The notes: generated by a model from the letters alone, not told the origin. Numbered from the stretch's first letter, positions 9,077 through 18,470 are shown. The stretch: 64,000 bases of DNA from Alphaproteobacteria bacterium (GCA_965261975.1 CBDHEC010000051.1:64001-128000); one strand, 5' to 3'. A program made the numbers and translations.

Positions 9077-10510
9077 CTAGAGGAGGTTGCGTACGCCGCT
9101 TGAGGCCGGAATCTCGCTGCCGAAGACGTAGGCCTCATGGTTCGTTTCGATCTTGGCCTTATCGTACAGGTAATTGACCATCGCACCGGCGGATTGCTGC
9201 ATGCCGCGCGGCGAGATGTCAGCCAGCCAGTTGATCCGTTCGACCATGGCACCGTTCGACAGATGGAAATGAGCCACCGAATCCAGCGCTGTGCCCGTGG
9301 ATTCACGGCGCTGATAGAGCAAATAGCCGGCTACCAGATGCATCAGGATCGGCTTGAGCGCCTCGGCGATCTGTTCATCCTGCTGCCAGTCTGTCCGGTC
9401 GAGCAGGTGCGTAAGCACGTTTGTTCCGTCGGCAAGGTCGCCCGTGACGGCGGTAAGCGCGTCTTCCTGCTCGTGGTTGAGGAGTTCCGCACCGTCGGCG
9501 ATGCGCCGGTCGAGCCAGCGCTGGAAGCCAGGGATCGGCGACAGGGTCGCGAAGGTCTTGAGGTTCGGCAGTTCATGGGACAGGTGATCGACCACCTGCT
9601 TGATCAGGAAATCCCCGAAACTCACACCCGACAGACCCGGCTGGGCGTTCGAGATCGAGTAGAAAATCGCCGTGTCCGCGTCTTCGGCGTTTGCGATTGG
9701 CTGATTTTCGTCCAACAGGGTCTGGACGTTGTCGGCGATGCCCTTCACCAGTGCGACTTCCACGAAAATCAGCGGTTCGTCATGCATCGAGGGGTGGAAG
9801 AAGGCGTAGAAGCGACGGTCGGATTCCAGCCGGTTCTTCAGGTCGGTCCAGGACTGGATTTCGTGTACGGCCTCATAGGCGATCAACTTTTCGAGCAGAT
9901 CGGCCGGCGCGCTCCATGTGATGCGGCGCAATTCCAGGAAACCGGCGTCGAACCAGCCGGACAGGAGATACTTCAGTTCGGCATCGAGCGGCGCGAGTTC
10001 CGGATGGTCGCGTAGCAGGCGACGAAGGTCGGCACGCATATCTACCAGAAATTTAACGCCATATTCCAACCCGTTGAACTGGCGCAATAATTTCATGCGC
10101 GGCGAGGAAAGATCCTCGCGCAGCTTCGACAGCGCCAGCGCGTAGGATTTCGGATCGTCGGTCGCGTTGCGGACCGCGTCCATTGCGTCGTTCAGGTGGG
10201 ACGGCTCGATCCCGTATTCCTCGTTGAGCAGTGTCAGGAAACGCAGACGGCCGGTTTCGTTGAGCTCGAGATAGCAATGGCCGAGATCGGCGGCGTTGGT
10301 GCGCGCGGAGGCCTCGCCGCCACGCCCGGACAGACTGGCATCGATCTGCTGTTGCAGACGGGCCAGATCGTCATCTGGAAGGTCCGGCTTGACGTTCAGG
10401 CTCGAGCGGCTGGTCAGGCTGCTGGCACCTTCGACCACATCCCGCAGGGCGCGCCGCAGAATGCCGCGGGTGCGACCAAGTATTCCGGAGGAAACTGTGG
10501 TATCCGACAT
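9077..10510 (-). CDS. matA: Malonyl-CoA decarboxylase
   Basis: GVKFLVDMRADL, LEKLIAYEAVHEI, EPLIFVEVAL, FYSISNAQPGLSGVSFGDFLIK, TLSPIPGF, VAHFHLSNGA. Confidence 0.92.
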   Translation of the reverse strand: MSDTTVSSGILGRTRGILRRALRDVVEGASSLTSRSSLNVKPDLPDDDLARLQQQIDASLSGRGGEASARTNAADLGHCYLELNETGRLRFLTLLNEEYGIEPSHLNDAMDAVRNATDDPKSYALALSKLREDLSSPRMKLLRQFNGLEYGVKFLVDMRADLRRLLRDHPELAPLDAELKYLLSGWFDAGFLELRRITWSAPADLLEKLIAYEAVHEIQSWTDLKNRLESDRRFYAFFHPSMHDEPLIFVEVALVKGIADNVQTLLDENQPIANAEDADTAIFYSISNAQPGLSGVSFGDFLIKQVVDHLSHELPNLKTFATLSPIPGFQRWLDRRIADGAELLNHEQEDALTAVTGDLADGTNVLTHLLDRTDWQQDEQIAEALKPILMHLVAGYLLYQRRESTGTALDSVAHFHLSNGAMVERINWLADISPRGMQQSAGAMVNYLYDKAKIETNHEAYVFGSEIPASSGVRNLL

Positions 10511-10659
10511 GATGGTGAGAATTTGGCGCTGGAAGGATGGTTAAGCAAGCTATGTGATACGAAATATTTGTGACACTGGCGTGATTTAACGGAATAGCTG
10601 ACCATATTCGAACGGAACAATGATCGGTCTCGAAAGAGGCCCACAGGGGAGTAGGTTTG

Positions 10660-11361
10660 ATGGCTGACAAGGAAGTGGCGCTGATTGTTGGCGCCGGCGA
10701 AGGATTGAGTGCGTCTCTGGCGCGGCTTTGCGCGTCCCAGGGCATGGAGATCGCGCTCGCGGCCCGTAATCCGGGAAAACTTGACGATCTGTGCAAGGAA
10801 ACCGGGGCGACGGCCTACGAATGCAACGTGATCGACGGCCCGTCCGTGGATGCGCTGTTCGAGGCGGTTGTGGCGGAAAAGGGCGTGCCGAACCTCGTGG
10901 TCTACAACCCGAGTGCGCGGGCGCGCGGCCCGATTACGGATCTGGACCGGGAAGAGGTGAAGAACGCCGTCCTGATCACCTGTTACGGAGGGTTCGTTGT
11001 GGCCCAGAAGGCCGCTGAACTCATGCTCGAACGGGGCAGCGGGTCGATCCTGTTCACCGGAGCGTCGGCCAGCGTGAAGGGCTATCCCAACTCATCGTCC
11101 TTCGCGATCGGCAAGTTCGGCCTGCGGGGCCTGGCGCAGTCCATGGCCCGCGAGCTCCACCCCCAGAACATCCATATCGGCCATTTCGTGATCGATGGCG
11201 GGATCGTCAAGAAATCCGGTGATGACCGCGCCGCCGGGCGTGGCGAAGATGGCATGCTGGATCCCGATGCGATCGCCGAGAGCTATCTGCAGTTCCATCG
11301 CCAGCATCGCAGCGCTTGGGCATGGGAGCTCGAGGTGCGGCCCTGGGTCGAGAAATTCTAG
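10660..11361 (+). CDS. SDR family NAD(P)-dependent oxidoreductase
   Basis: VGAGEGLSASLAR, FTGASAS, KFGLRGLAQSMAREL, HFVIDG, WELEVRPWVEKF. Confidence 0.9.
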   Translation: MADKEVALIVGAGEGLSASLARLCASQGMEIALAARNPGKLDDLCKETGATAYECNVIDGPSVDALFEAVVAEKGVPNLVVYNPSARARGPITDLDREEVKNAVLITCYGGFVVAQKAAELMLERGSGSILFTGASASVKGYPNSSSFAIGKFGLRGLAQSMARELHPQNIHIGHFVIDGGIVKKSGDDRAAGRGEDGMLDPDAIAESYLQFHRQHRSAWAWELEVRPWVEKF

Positions 11362-11369
11362 GGACAAAT

Positions 11370-11666
11370 ATGCGGATTAGGTTGCTGCGCGGGGTGCGGG
11401 CCATCGTCATGGCCGTATTCGTCGTATGCGTGGCTGCCTTTGTGGGGTTGTGTGTCTATGCGGTGCTCCAGTTCGGGCTCTGGTGGCCCGGGCTGGTGGG
11501 CGTGGACGGCAGCAACCGGCTGCTGCTGGCCGCGGTGACCATGCTGCCGTTTTTGCTGCTGTTCACGAAATTCGACTGGTCGCGGCCCCTGGGCTGGCTG
11601 TCGGCGCGGTTCAACGGGTTGATCGAGCCCATTGACCGGGCGATCGCGCGAACGGATGAGCCTTAA
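11370..11666 (+). CDS. Small hypothetical membrane protein
   Basis: Two hydrophobic segments. ATG 8 nt after the SDR stop; fills the gap to the convergent gene. Confidence 0.5.
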   Translation: MRIRLLRGVRAIVMAVFVVCVAAFVGLCVYAVLQFGLWWPGLVGVDGSNRLLLAAVTMLPFLLLFTKFDWSRPLGWLSARFNGLIEPIDRAIARTDEP

Positions 11667-12091
11667 GGCCGCTCGATGGTGGCGACAGCGAAGGCCGTCT
11701 TGAATGTGTCGCACCAGACGACGACGCTGCCCCAGTCGTCGAGCTTTATATCCTCGGGCACTGGATAGTCCTGATCGCCTGTGAGGCTTTTGAGTTTTCC
11801 CAGCGACTTGAACTTCGCCGTGACGTCCTCCGGGAACAGCGGATCGGGTTCTTCCACCAGATAAACAAGCAAATTGGGTCCGGGGACGATCTCCATGTCG
11901 AGGAGTTCGACGGTTCGGCTGCCGTGCGCAGTCCGGGTGATCTGCAAGTTGCCGGACCCTCGGTGCACCGGGTCACCGTCACGAAAGACACCGTTGGCGA
12001 GAAGCCCGTTCTGAGCGACAGCCAGGCTCGGGCGGCTGAGCAGGAGTGGGGCGGTCGCCGCGGCGACCAAAAACGCACGCCGATGGATCAT
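11663..12091 (-). CDS. DM13 domain protein with Tat-type signal peptide
   Basis: HRRAFL twin-arginine leader; H-x-GSG, GPNLLVYL, LGKLKSLTGDQDY, SVVVWC...FAVA. ATGA overlap with the upstream reductase. Confidence 0.8.
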   Translation of the reverse strand: MIHRRAFLVAAATAPLLLSRPSLAVAQNGLLANGVFRDGDPVHRGSGNLQITRTAHGSRTVELLDMEIVPGPNLLVYLVEEPDPLFPEDVTAKFKSLGKLKSLTGDQDYPVPEDIKLDDWGSVVVWCDTFKTAFAVATIERP

Positions 12092-13095
12092 GCGTCCGCG
12101 TTGGGCGTGATCACGACCTTGCCGTTCCGTCCGCCCTGCATGGCGTGGGTGACGGCGTCCTTGATCTGATCGAGGGGATAGGTCGCCTCGATTTCGGCGT
12201 GCATCCGGCCTTCGGCGATGTAACCCGCCAGTTCGCCATAGACAGCCTGGCGTTCCTCGAGCGATGAATCCCGACGGAGCCAGAGGGTGAGCCAGACACC
12301 CACGAGATCGATTTCCCTGAAGATGATGTCGTCGGGCCACAGCTGGCAGGGCTTCTTCGAGAGTAAGCCGTAATTCGCAATCTTGCCGCCGTCGGCGAGA
12401 CAATCGGCGAGGTGCTGGGTCGCTTCGCCTGCCACCGCGTCGATAGCCAGCTTGATGGGCGCGCCGCCGGTGGCGGCCTTGACCCGTTCGCCGAGGTCAG
12501 GCCCGTCGACGACGCAAATATCGCCGCCGGCCTTGGCGACGAAGTCTTCAAGCCCCTCGCGCCGGACCACGTTGACGGTCTTGAGGCCGTAAATACCGGC
12601 CAGCTGCATCACAAACTGACCGACCGCCGAGTTGGCGGCGTTCTGGATCACCCAGTCACCCGGTTCGAGGTCCACGACTGTTTTAAGCAGGAGCCATGCC
12701 GTCGGCGGATTCGCCATGATCATCGCCAGCTGAATGGGATCACCATGTTCGGGAAAGATCACCAGAATGGCCTCGGCCTTGACCACGACCTGTTGGCGCC
12801 ATGTGCCGGAGTAGGGTGGAATCATCACCCGGTCCCCCGGCTTAACGTTGGTTACATCCGAACCGACTTCGCGGATAATGCCGGCGCCCTCGGCCCCGGG
12901 AATGGCCGGCAACTCGGGCTGCACGCCGTAGCCGCCGGACAGGGTGAGCAGGTGCGACGGGTTGATCGCCGCCGCTTCCACGTCGATCAAGATCTCGTCG
13001 GGGCCAACGTCCGCCGTCTCGAGATCGATCAATTCCACAACATCGGGAGGATTGCCGGTCTCGGAGAACTGGACCGCCTTCTTCATGTCACCCAC
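12088..13095 (-). CDS. MDR-superfamily 2-enoyl thioester reductase (MECR/ETR1-like)
   Basis: AAINPSHL, PGAEGAG, NPPTAW, GDWVIQNAANSAVG, VNVVRR, DAVAG. Confidence 0.85.
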   Translation of the reverse strand: MGDMKKAVQFSETGNPPDVVELIDLETADVGPDEILIDVEAAAINPSHLLTLSGGYGVQPELPAIPGAEGAGIIREVGSDVTNVKPGDRVMIPPYSGTWRQQVVVKAEAILVIFPEHGDPIQLAMIMANPPTAWLLLKTVVDLEPGDWVIQNAANSAVGQFVMQLAGIYGLKTVNVVRREGLEDFVAKAGGDICVVDGPDLGERVKAATGGAPIKLAIDAVAGEATQHLADCLADGGKIANYGLLSKKPCQLWPDDIIFREIDLVGVWLTLWLRRDSSLEERQAVYGELAGYIAEGRMHAEIEATYPLDQIKDAVTHAMQGGRNGKVVITPNADA

Positions 13096-13113
13096 GTCGG
13101 TAATCCTTCCTGA

Positions 13114-13437
13114 TTACGCGGCAGACTTGATCTGCCCAAGCTCGTTGTCGACGATCACCGGTGTTTCGAAGATCGCGATATCGGGGTCGGCGCCGCACAG
13201 ATCGCGGATCGCCTGGCGCCACGGGCCGCCCTCGGCATAGACCTTTTCGGCCGCCTCGCGGCTTTCCCAGGTGTAAACGCCGCCGCGAATGCCGCGCTCG
13301 CCGTCATACAGGAAGTTCTTGCGGATCAACCCCGCCATCCCGTCGAACTTCCCGGCCGCACCCGCGATGTGTGCGATGACCTCATCCCGGGTGGCGCCGT
13401 CCGTGATGTTGAATTGAACAACGGCTGTGGCAATCAT
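13114..13437 (-). CDS. YdhR-like putative monooxygenase (dimeric alpha/beta barrel), copy 2
   Basis: GLIRKNFL, GGVYTWESREAAE, FETPVIVDN. Paralog of 13454..13774. Confidence 0.75.
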   Translation of the reverse strand: MIATAVVQFNITDGATRDEVIAHIAGAAGKFDGMAGLIRKNFLYDGERGIRGGVYTWESREAAEKVYAEGGPWRQAIRDLCGADPDIAIFETPVIVDNELGQIKSAA

Positions 13438-13453
13438 GGTTGGCGTCCTTCGG

Positions 13454-13774
13454 TCAAGCGGCAGTCTTGATTTCGCCGACCTCGTTGTCGACGATCACCG
13501 GGGTCTCGAAAATGGTGATGTCGGGGTCGACGCCGTAGAGACTACGGATCGCTTCACGCCAGGGACCGCCCTCGGCATAGACCTTTTCCGCCGCCTCGCG
13601 GCTCTCCCAGGTGTAAACACCGCCGCCGACACCGCGATCACCGTCGAACAGGAAATTCTTGCGGATCAGACCCGCCATGCCCTCGAACTTGGGTGCGACG
13701 TTCTTCATGTTGGTGAACACCTCGTCGCGCGTGGTGCCGTCTTTCACTTTGAACTGGACAAGTGCCGTGATCAT
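13454..13774 (-). CDS. YdhR-like putative monooxygenase, copy 1
   Basis: MITALVQF, GLIRKNFL, GGGVYTWESREAAE, FETPVIVDN. GGAG RBS upstream. Confidence 0.78.
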   Translation of the reverse strand: MITALVQFKVKDGTTRDEVFTNMKNVAPKFEGMAGLIRKNFLFDGDRGVGGGVYTWESREAAEKVYAEGGPWREAIRSLYGVDPDITIFETPVIVDNEVGEIKTAA

Positions 13775-13869
13775 CGGTGTTGTCTCCTCGTTTCAGCGTT
13801 AACCGTTACAAGGCATTTTGCGGCAATCGCCGCGGGCGTACAACCGACGCCTCCGCCGGAGTTCACTTA

Positions 13870-14772
13870 GTGATCCAAAAGAATGGCATGCGGCCAGCCT
13901 GGCTGACCGGAAACCTGCAAGGCATGCTGTGGATGCTGACGACAGCTGCGCTGATCGTGATCATGCACACAATGATCCGGTACCTCGCCGACGACGGGTT
14001 GCATCCGTTTGTGATCGGCTTCTACCGAACATTTTTTGGTCTGCCCGTCGTTGCGATCCTGTTGTGGAAATACGGCGCGGGAATCCTGCGTACCGATCAA
14101 CTCAAGGTACATGGAATTCGCTCGTTCGGGCATGTGGTCGCGATGATGATGTTCTTCACGGCCTTGACGATGACCCCGCTGGCAACCGCGAATGCCCTGG
14201 CCTTTACCGCGCCGCTTTTTGCCGCCGTGTTGGCGGTCATAATATTGGGCGAAGTATTCCGCTGGCAACGCTGGGTCGCCTTGCTGGTCGGTTTTGCGGG
14301 GGCGCTGGTCGTCATCCGACCAGGGTTTGTCGAGGTCGATACCGGGCCGATCATCATCCTCGCCGCATCGGGAATCTGGGGGATGATACTGATCGTCATC
14401 AAGACCCTGGGGCGTCGTGACGCCACACCCACGATTGTGACCTATATGGTCTTGTTCATGTCGCCGCTGGCTCTGATCCCCGCGTTATTCGTCTGGGAGT
14501 GGCCAACCCTGCAGCAGCTGGGGGTTCTCCTGGTCATGGGGACCATGGGAACCGTGGGGCATCTGACGCTGACGCAAGCCCTGCGGGTCGGCGAAGCGGC
14601 GGTCGTGATGCCGATGGACTTCTCCAAACTGATCTGGGCCGCGGCTCTCGGGTTTCTGCTTTTTGGTGAACAGCCGGGCATATTCACCTGGGTGGGCGGG
14701 TTCATGATCTTTGCGAGTGCGACCTATCTCGCGCTGCGCGAACGCGCAGAAACAAAGCCACGAGGAACTTGA
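13870..14772 (+). CDS. DMT/EamA family transporter
   Basis: About 10 hydrophobic segments with FTAPLF, LGE...RW...VGFAG..V.IRPG and PMDFSKLIWAA. Start uncertain (GTG 13870 or ATG 13888). Confidence 0.88.
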   Translation: MIQKNGMRPAWLTGNLQGMLWMLTTAALIVIMHTMIRYLADDGLHPFVIGFYRTFFGLPVVAILLWKYGAGILRTDQLKVHGIRSFGHVVAMMMFFTALTMTPLATANALAFTAPLFAAVLAVIILGEVFRWQRWVALLVGFAGALVVIRPGFVEVDTGPIIILAASGIWGMILIVIKTLGRRDATPTIVTYMVLFMSPLALIPALFVWEWPTLQQLGVLLVMGTMGTVGHLTLTQALRVGEAAVVMPMDFSKLIWAAALGFLLFGEQPGIFTWVGGFMIFASATYLALRERAETKPRGT

Positions 14773-15818
14773 TGACATTGCGTGCCCATATCTCGGCGGT
14801 CGCCACGGCCGTGCCCGAGCATGTTCTCGAACAGAAAGAAGTCATCGAACGGTCGCGCGAAATATTCGCACCGGGCGTCCCCGGGTTCGAACGGTTTACG
14901 GATGCGTATCGGAATGCGGCAATCGAGACGCGGCATTCCTGCATGCCCATTGATTGGTATGCGCAAGAACATCCGTTCTCCGAACGGAATGACCTGTATG
15001 TCGAACACGCCATCGAGCTGCTGAGCCGGGTCAGCCAGGATCTGTTTGAGCAGGCGGGCATTTCCGCGATGGATGTGGATGCGATCGTGGTTGTGTCGAC
15101 GACCGGCGTGGCGACGCCCAGTCTCGATGCGTTGTTGCTCGAGAAGCTCCCGTTCCGGCGTGACGTGCAGCGCCTGCCGATATTCGGCTTGGGTTGCGCC
15201 GGCGGGGTAAGTGGTTTGGCGCGCGCGGCGCAGATGGCCGTGAGCCAGCCGAGTGCCTGTGTGCTTTACCTGGTCGTCGAACTCTGTGGTCTGACGTTCC
15301 GGGTCAACGACACCTCGAAGAGCAACATCATTGCCACCGCATTGTTCGGTGACGGGGCGGCGGGCGCGCTCTTGGGCTGTGATCGAGCGGGGCCGGCGGT
15401 TGCGGGATGGGGCGAGCACACCTGGGAAGACTCCCTCGATGTCATGGGCTGGGAAGTGGGTGACGACGGGCTCGGTGTGCTGTTCTCGCGCGATATCCCC
15501 CATCTGGTGCGAACCCGCTTGCAAGAACCCGCATATGCGTTTCTCAAACGCCACGGCCTGGGGCCACAGGACATCACGCGTCATGCGTGTCACCCCGGTG
15601 GGGCGAAGGTTCTCGATGCACTTGAGGAAGTCTACGGACTGCCGCCGGGCGATCTGGTTTTCGCGCGCGATATTTTGCGTCGTTTCGGCAACATGTCGGC
15701 GGCGACTGCCATGTTTGTCCTGGCCGAGACCATGGGCGAGAACGTGCCCGGTAACTGGCTGATGTCGGCGATGGGGCCCGGTTTTACCGCGTCCTTCGCG
15801 TTGCTGGAGGCGTCATGA
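14772..15818 (+). CDS. Type III polyketide synthase (chalcone synthase-like; BpsA/SrsA type)
   Basis: Catalytic Cys (GLGCAGG), His (CHPGG) and Asn (GNMS), plus ALFGDGA and MGPGF. TGATG overlap with the DMT gene. Confidence 0.93.
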   Translation: MTLRAHISAVATAVPEHVLEQKEVIERSREIFAPGVPGFERFTDAYRNAAIETRHSCMPIDWYAQEHPFSERNDLYVEHAIELLSRVSQDLFEQAGISAMDVDAIVVVSTTGVATPSLDALLLEKLPFRRDVQRLPIFGLGCAGGVSGLARAAQMAVSQPSACVLYLVVELCGLTFRVNDTSKSNIIATALFGDGAAGALLGCDRAGPAVAGWGEHTWEDSLDVMGWEVGDDGLGVLFSRDIPHLVRTRLQEPAYAFLKRHGLGPQDITRHACHPGGAKVLDALEEVYGLPPGDLVFARDILRRFGNMSAATAMFVLAETMGENVPGNWLMSAMGPGFTASFALLEAS

Positions 15819-16312
15819 GCATCTGGTACCTGCTGGTGGGGTTGATCGTCATTCAACGTCTCGTTGAACTGGCGATTGCCCGGATCAACACACGACGCTT
15901 GCTTGCCGAGGGCGGCGAGGAGGTCGGCGCGGCGCACTATCCTCTGATTGTTGGACTCCACGCGGCCTGGTTCATCTGCCTGCTTGTATTCGTCCCGGGC
16001 GACAGCTTCATCGACCCGGTCCTTCTGGGCGTATTCGTGCTGCTGCAACTCGGGCGGGTATGGGTGCTGACCAGCCTCGGCCGCTACTGGACGACCCGGA
16101 TCATTACGGTGCCCGGTGCGCCTTTGGTCAGGCGCGGGCCGTTCCGCTTCGTGCGGCACCCGAACTATCTCATCGTCGAGGCGGAGATCATCGTCGTGCC
16201 GATGATCGCGGGAGCGTGGGAACTGGCGGTTATCTTCGGGCTGGCAAATGCCGCGGTTCTGGCCTTGCGGATACGTGTCGAGGAAAGGGCGCTATCTGGG
16301 CGCCGTCGCTAG
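15815..16312 (+). CDS. Isoprenylcysteine carboxyl methyltransferase family protein (BpsB/SrsB type)
   Basis: QRLVEL, HYPLIVGLH, LGRYWTTRII, GPFRFVRHPNY, RIRVEERAL. ATGA overlap with the PKS. Confidence 0.92.
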   Translation: MSIWYLLVGLIVIQRLVELAIARINTRRLLAEGGEEVGAAHYPLIVGLHAAWFICLLVFVPGDSFIDPVLLGVFVLLQLGRVWVLTSLGRYWTTRIITVPGAPLVRRGPFRFVRHPNYLIVEAEIIVVPMIAGAWELAVIFGLANAAVLALRIRVEERALSGRRR

Positions 16313-17343
16313 AGGTATGGATCGGGGCGGACCCGGATCAACTGGCGGCCCATGTTCCGGCCGGCGTAGAGCCCGGCCAGGGCAGCACCGGCATTCTCCA
16401 GGCCATCGACGATATCCTCGCGGTACTGGATCTCTCCGTCGCGGACCCAGGTGCTGAGGTCCGCATGCGCCTCGCCGTAACGATCGGCGAAATCGAATGT
16501 CAGGAAACCTTCCATGCGGATGCGATTCACCAGCAAGTTACGCTCGGGGCGCAGCCCGCTGGGTTGGGGAATCCAGGCATCCGTGGAGGCCGTACCGCAA
16601 ATGACGACGCGCCCATGCAAATTGACCTGGCCGAGGACGATATCGAGGGTCTCACCGCCGACATTGTCGTAGTAGACATCGACACCGTCGGGACAGGCTT
16701 GGCGAATCGCGGCATCCAGATCATCGACGGCCTTGTAATCGATGGCGCTGTCGAACCCGAAGACATCGGTGCAAAGCGCGGTCTTTTCCGCGCCGCCGGC
16801 GATGCCCACTGTCCGGCAGCCCTTGATCTTGGCGATCTGTCCAACGGCGCTGCCGACCGCACCGGCCGCTGTCGAGACCAGGACCGTGTCGCCGGCCCTG
16901 GGTTGGCCAACCTCAAGCAAACCGAAATAGGCCGTAAAGCCGTTGATACCCAGGATGCCGAGGGCGGTTGAAAGAGGTCCGTCGTTCGGGTCGACCTTTC
17001 GAAAGGTTGGGCGCGCGGGATCGGCAACGGCGTATTCTGCCCAGCCCGTATTGGCGGTAACGACGTCGCCTTCCTGGATGTCGGAGCTATTCGATTCTAC
17101 GACGACGCCGACACTGAACGAATGCATGGTCGTGCCGGTCTCGACGCTCGCATAGTTCCGGGCCTTGCTGATCCAGCCCTTCATACCCGGGTCGGCGGTG
17201 ACGTAGATGTTGTTGATCAGGACTTCGCCATCGCCGGGGACGGGAGCATCGCCCTCTGTCAGTTCAAATAGTTCGGGGGTGGGAAGGCCGGTTGCACGTT
17301 CCTTGAGGATGACGTGACGGTTTCGGTGCTGGGGCATGCGCAT
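16309..17343 (-). CDS. NADP-dependent oxidoreductase (PTGR1/CurA family)
   Basis: DPGMKGW, TAYFGLLEVG, VSTAAGAVGSAVGQIAK, GVDVYYDNVGG, GLENA...GRNMG. Confidence 0.9.
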   Translation of the reverse strand: MRMPQHRNRHVILKERATGLPTPELFELTEGDAPVPGDGEVLINNIYVTADPGMKGWISKARNYASVETGTTMHSFSVGVVVESNSSDIQEGDVVTANTGWAEYAVADPARPTFRKVDPNDGPLSTALGILGINGFTAYFGLLEVGQPRAGDTVLVSTAAGAVGSAVGQIAKIKGCRTVGIAGGAEKTALCTDVFGFDSAIDYKAVDDLDAAIRQACPDGVDVYYDNVGGETLDIVLGQVNLHGRVVICGTASTDAWIPQPSGLRPERNLLVNRIRMEGFLTFDFADRYGEAHADLSTWVRDGEIQYREDIVDGLENAGAALAGLYAGRNMGRQLIRVRPDPYL

Positions 17344-17462
17344 GGCTTCCTGTTGACGATCGAAGGGCGGCGATCTATGCGGTCGGTGGTGGCTATACTG
17401 CCGCCACCATCTGCCATCCTGCAATCCGGCAGATGGCCTGACGACGAAGGAAGCGCGATTTC

Positions 17463-17966
17463 ATGCGTTCAACACTGCCGGGGCCGCTATCCAGACGCGC
17501 CCAGGGGTTCGATCGAATTCTTGGGCTGGTGCTTGTGTGTACGCTGGTGGCGTTAGTTGCCGGACTTCTGCTGCCTGCGATTACGGTCCGTTCGCTTTTC
17601 ATCTCCCAGGATTTCTCGCTTGTGGAGAGCGTGCTGGCATTCCTCGAAGAAGGTGACTGGTTCCTTTTCGTCATTACCTTTCTGTTTTCCGTCGTGTTTC
17701 CCGTGGTGAAGATCATCACGGGTATTGCATTGTGGTTTTTCCTCGATGCGACCAGCAGTTATGCCCGACCGGTTCTGGGCTGGCTGGCGACATTCTCGAA
17801 ATGGTCGATGCTCGACGTGTTCATCATTGCACTGATCGTGCTCGTCGCGGACGGACGCTTGCTGACGAGCGCCGATATTCAGATCGGTGCGTTCGTTTTT
17901 TCGGTCGCTGTGCTGGTATCGACCTGGGCGACGCGACGGCTGAGCGCGCTTGCCGGGAACGCTTAG
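17463..17966 (+). CDS. Paraquat-inducible protein A (PqiA) family membrane protein
   Basis: FSVVFPVVK and KWSMLDVFIIAL motifs; four TM segments. Confidence 0.85.
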   Translation: MRSTLPGPLSRRAQGFDRILGLVLVCTLVALVAGLLLPAITVRSLFISQDFSLVESVLAFLEEGDWFLFVITFLFSVVFPVVKIITGIALWFFLDATSSYARPVLGWLATFSKWSMLDVFIIALIVLVADGRLLTSADIQIGAFVFSVAVLVSTWATRRLSALAGNA

Positions 17967-18470
17967 TCAGCGTGCAGGCGTGACCTGAACCGGGCCTGCA
18001 TTGCCGGCACCGACCGGGGTGCCCGATTGCCGCGGCGCGACGGTGATCGTCGTTGTGTTTCCGCCGAGTGTGCGATTTTCGATCTGAACGGTTGCCGCGC
18101 GCTCTCCGCGGGTAAATGACAGCACGCTGATACCGGCCTGCACGCTCATGATTGGATCCCATCCGAAGTTGGGCATCTGCGTCTGATAAAGCGCAAAAGT
18201 CGGCGTGGTGTCCTGCCCCACGTTCAGAACAATCCGTCCGGTCCATCGGTCGAGATCGCCGAGGATCAGTGACCGATCCACATCGAGCGTAGAGTCCGGC
18301 GGGATCGGTATGTCGGTCAGCAGCGAGAAGTTTTGCTCGATTCCCGATTTTCCATCGGCACTGCCCGTGGCCGTCGGCTGCAGCTTTGTGCCTTGAACAC
18401 ATGCCGCCAGTCCGAACAGTGCCGCGAACAGCAGCGCATTTGATCTGAGGTTGCGACGCCCGGAAATCAT
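17967..18470 (-). CDS. Hypothetical lipoprotein
   Basis: Lipobox LAAC after a hydrophobic leader; DIPIP...SLILG...WTGR...QMPNFGW. Confidence 0.75.
   Translation of the reverse strand: MISGRRNLRSNALLFAALFGLAACVQGTKLQPTATGSADGKSGIEQNFSLLTDIPIPPDSTLDVDRSLILGDLDRWTGRIVLNVGQDTTPTFALYQTQMPNFGWDPIMSVQAGISVLSFTRGERAATVQIENRTLGGNTTTITVAPRQSGTPVGAGNAGPVQVTPAR

Noticed and set aside
10537-10544. TTAACCAT CtrA half-site upstream of matA
   Set aside because: Half-site only, with no second TTAA at N7 spacing; could be chance.
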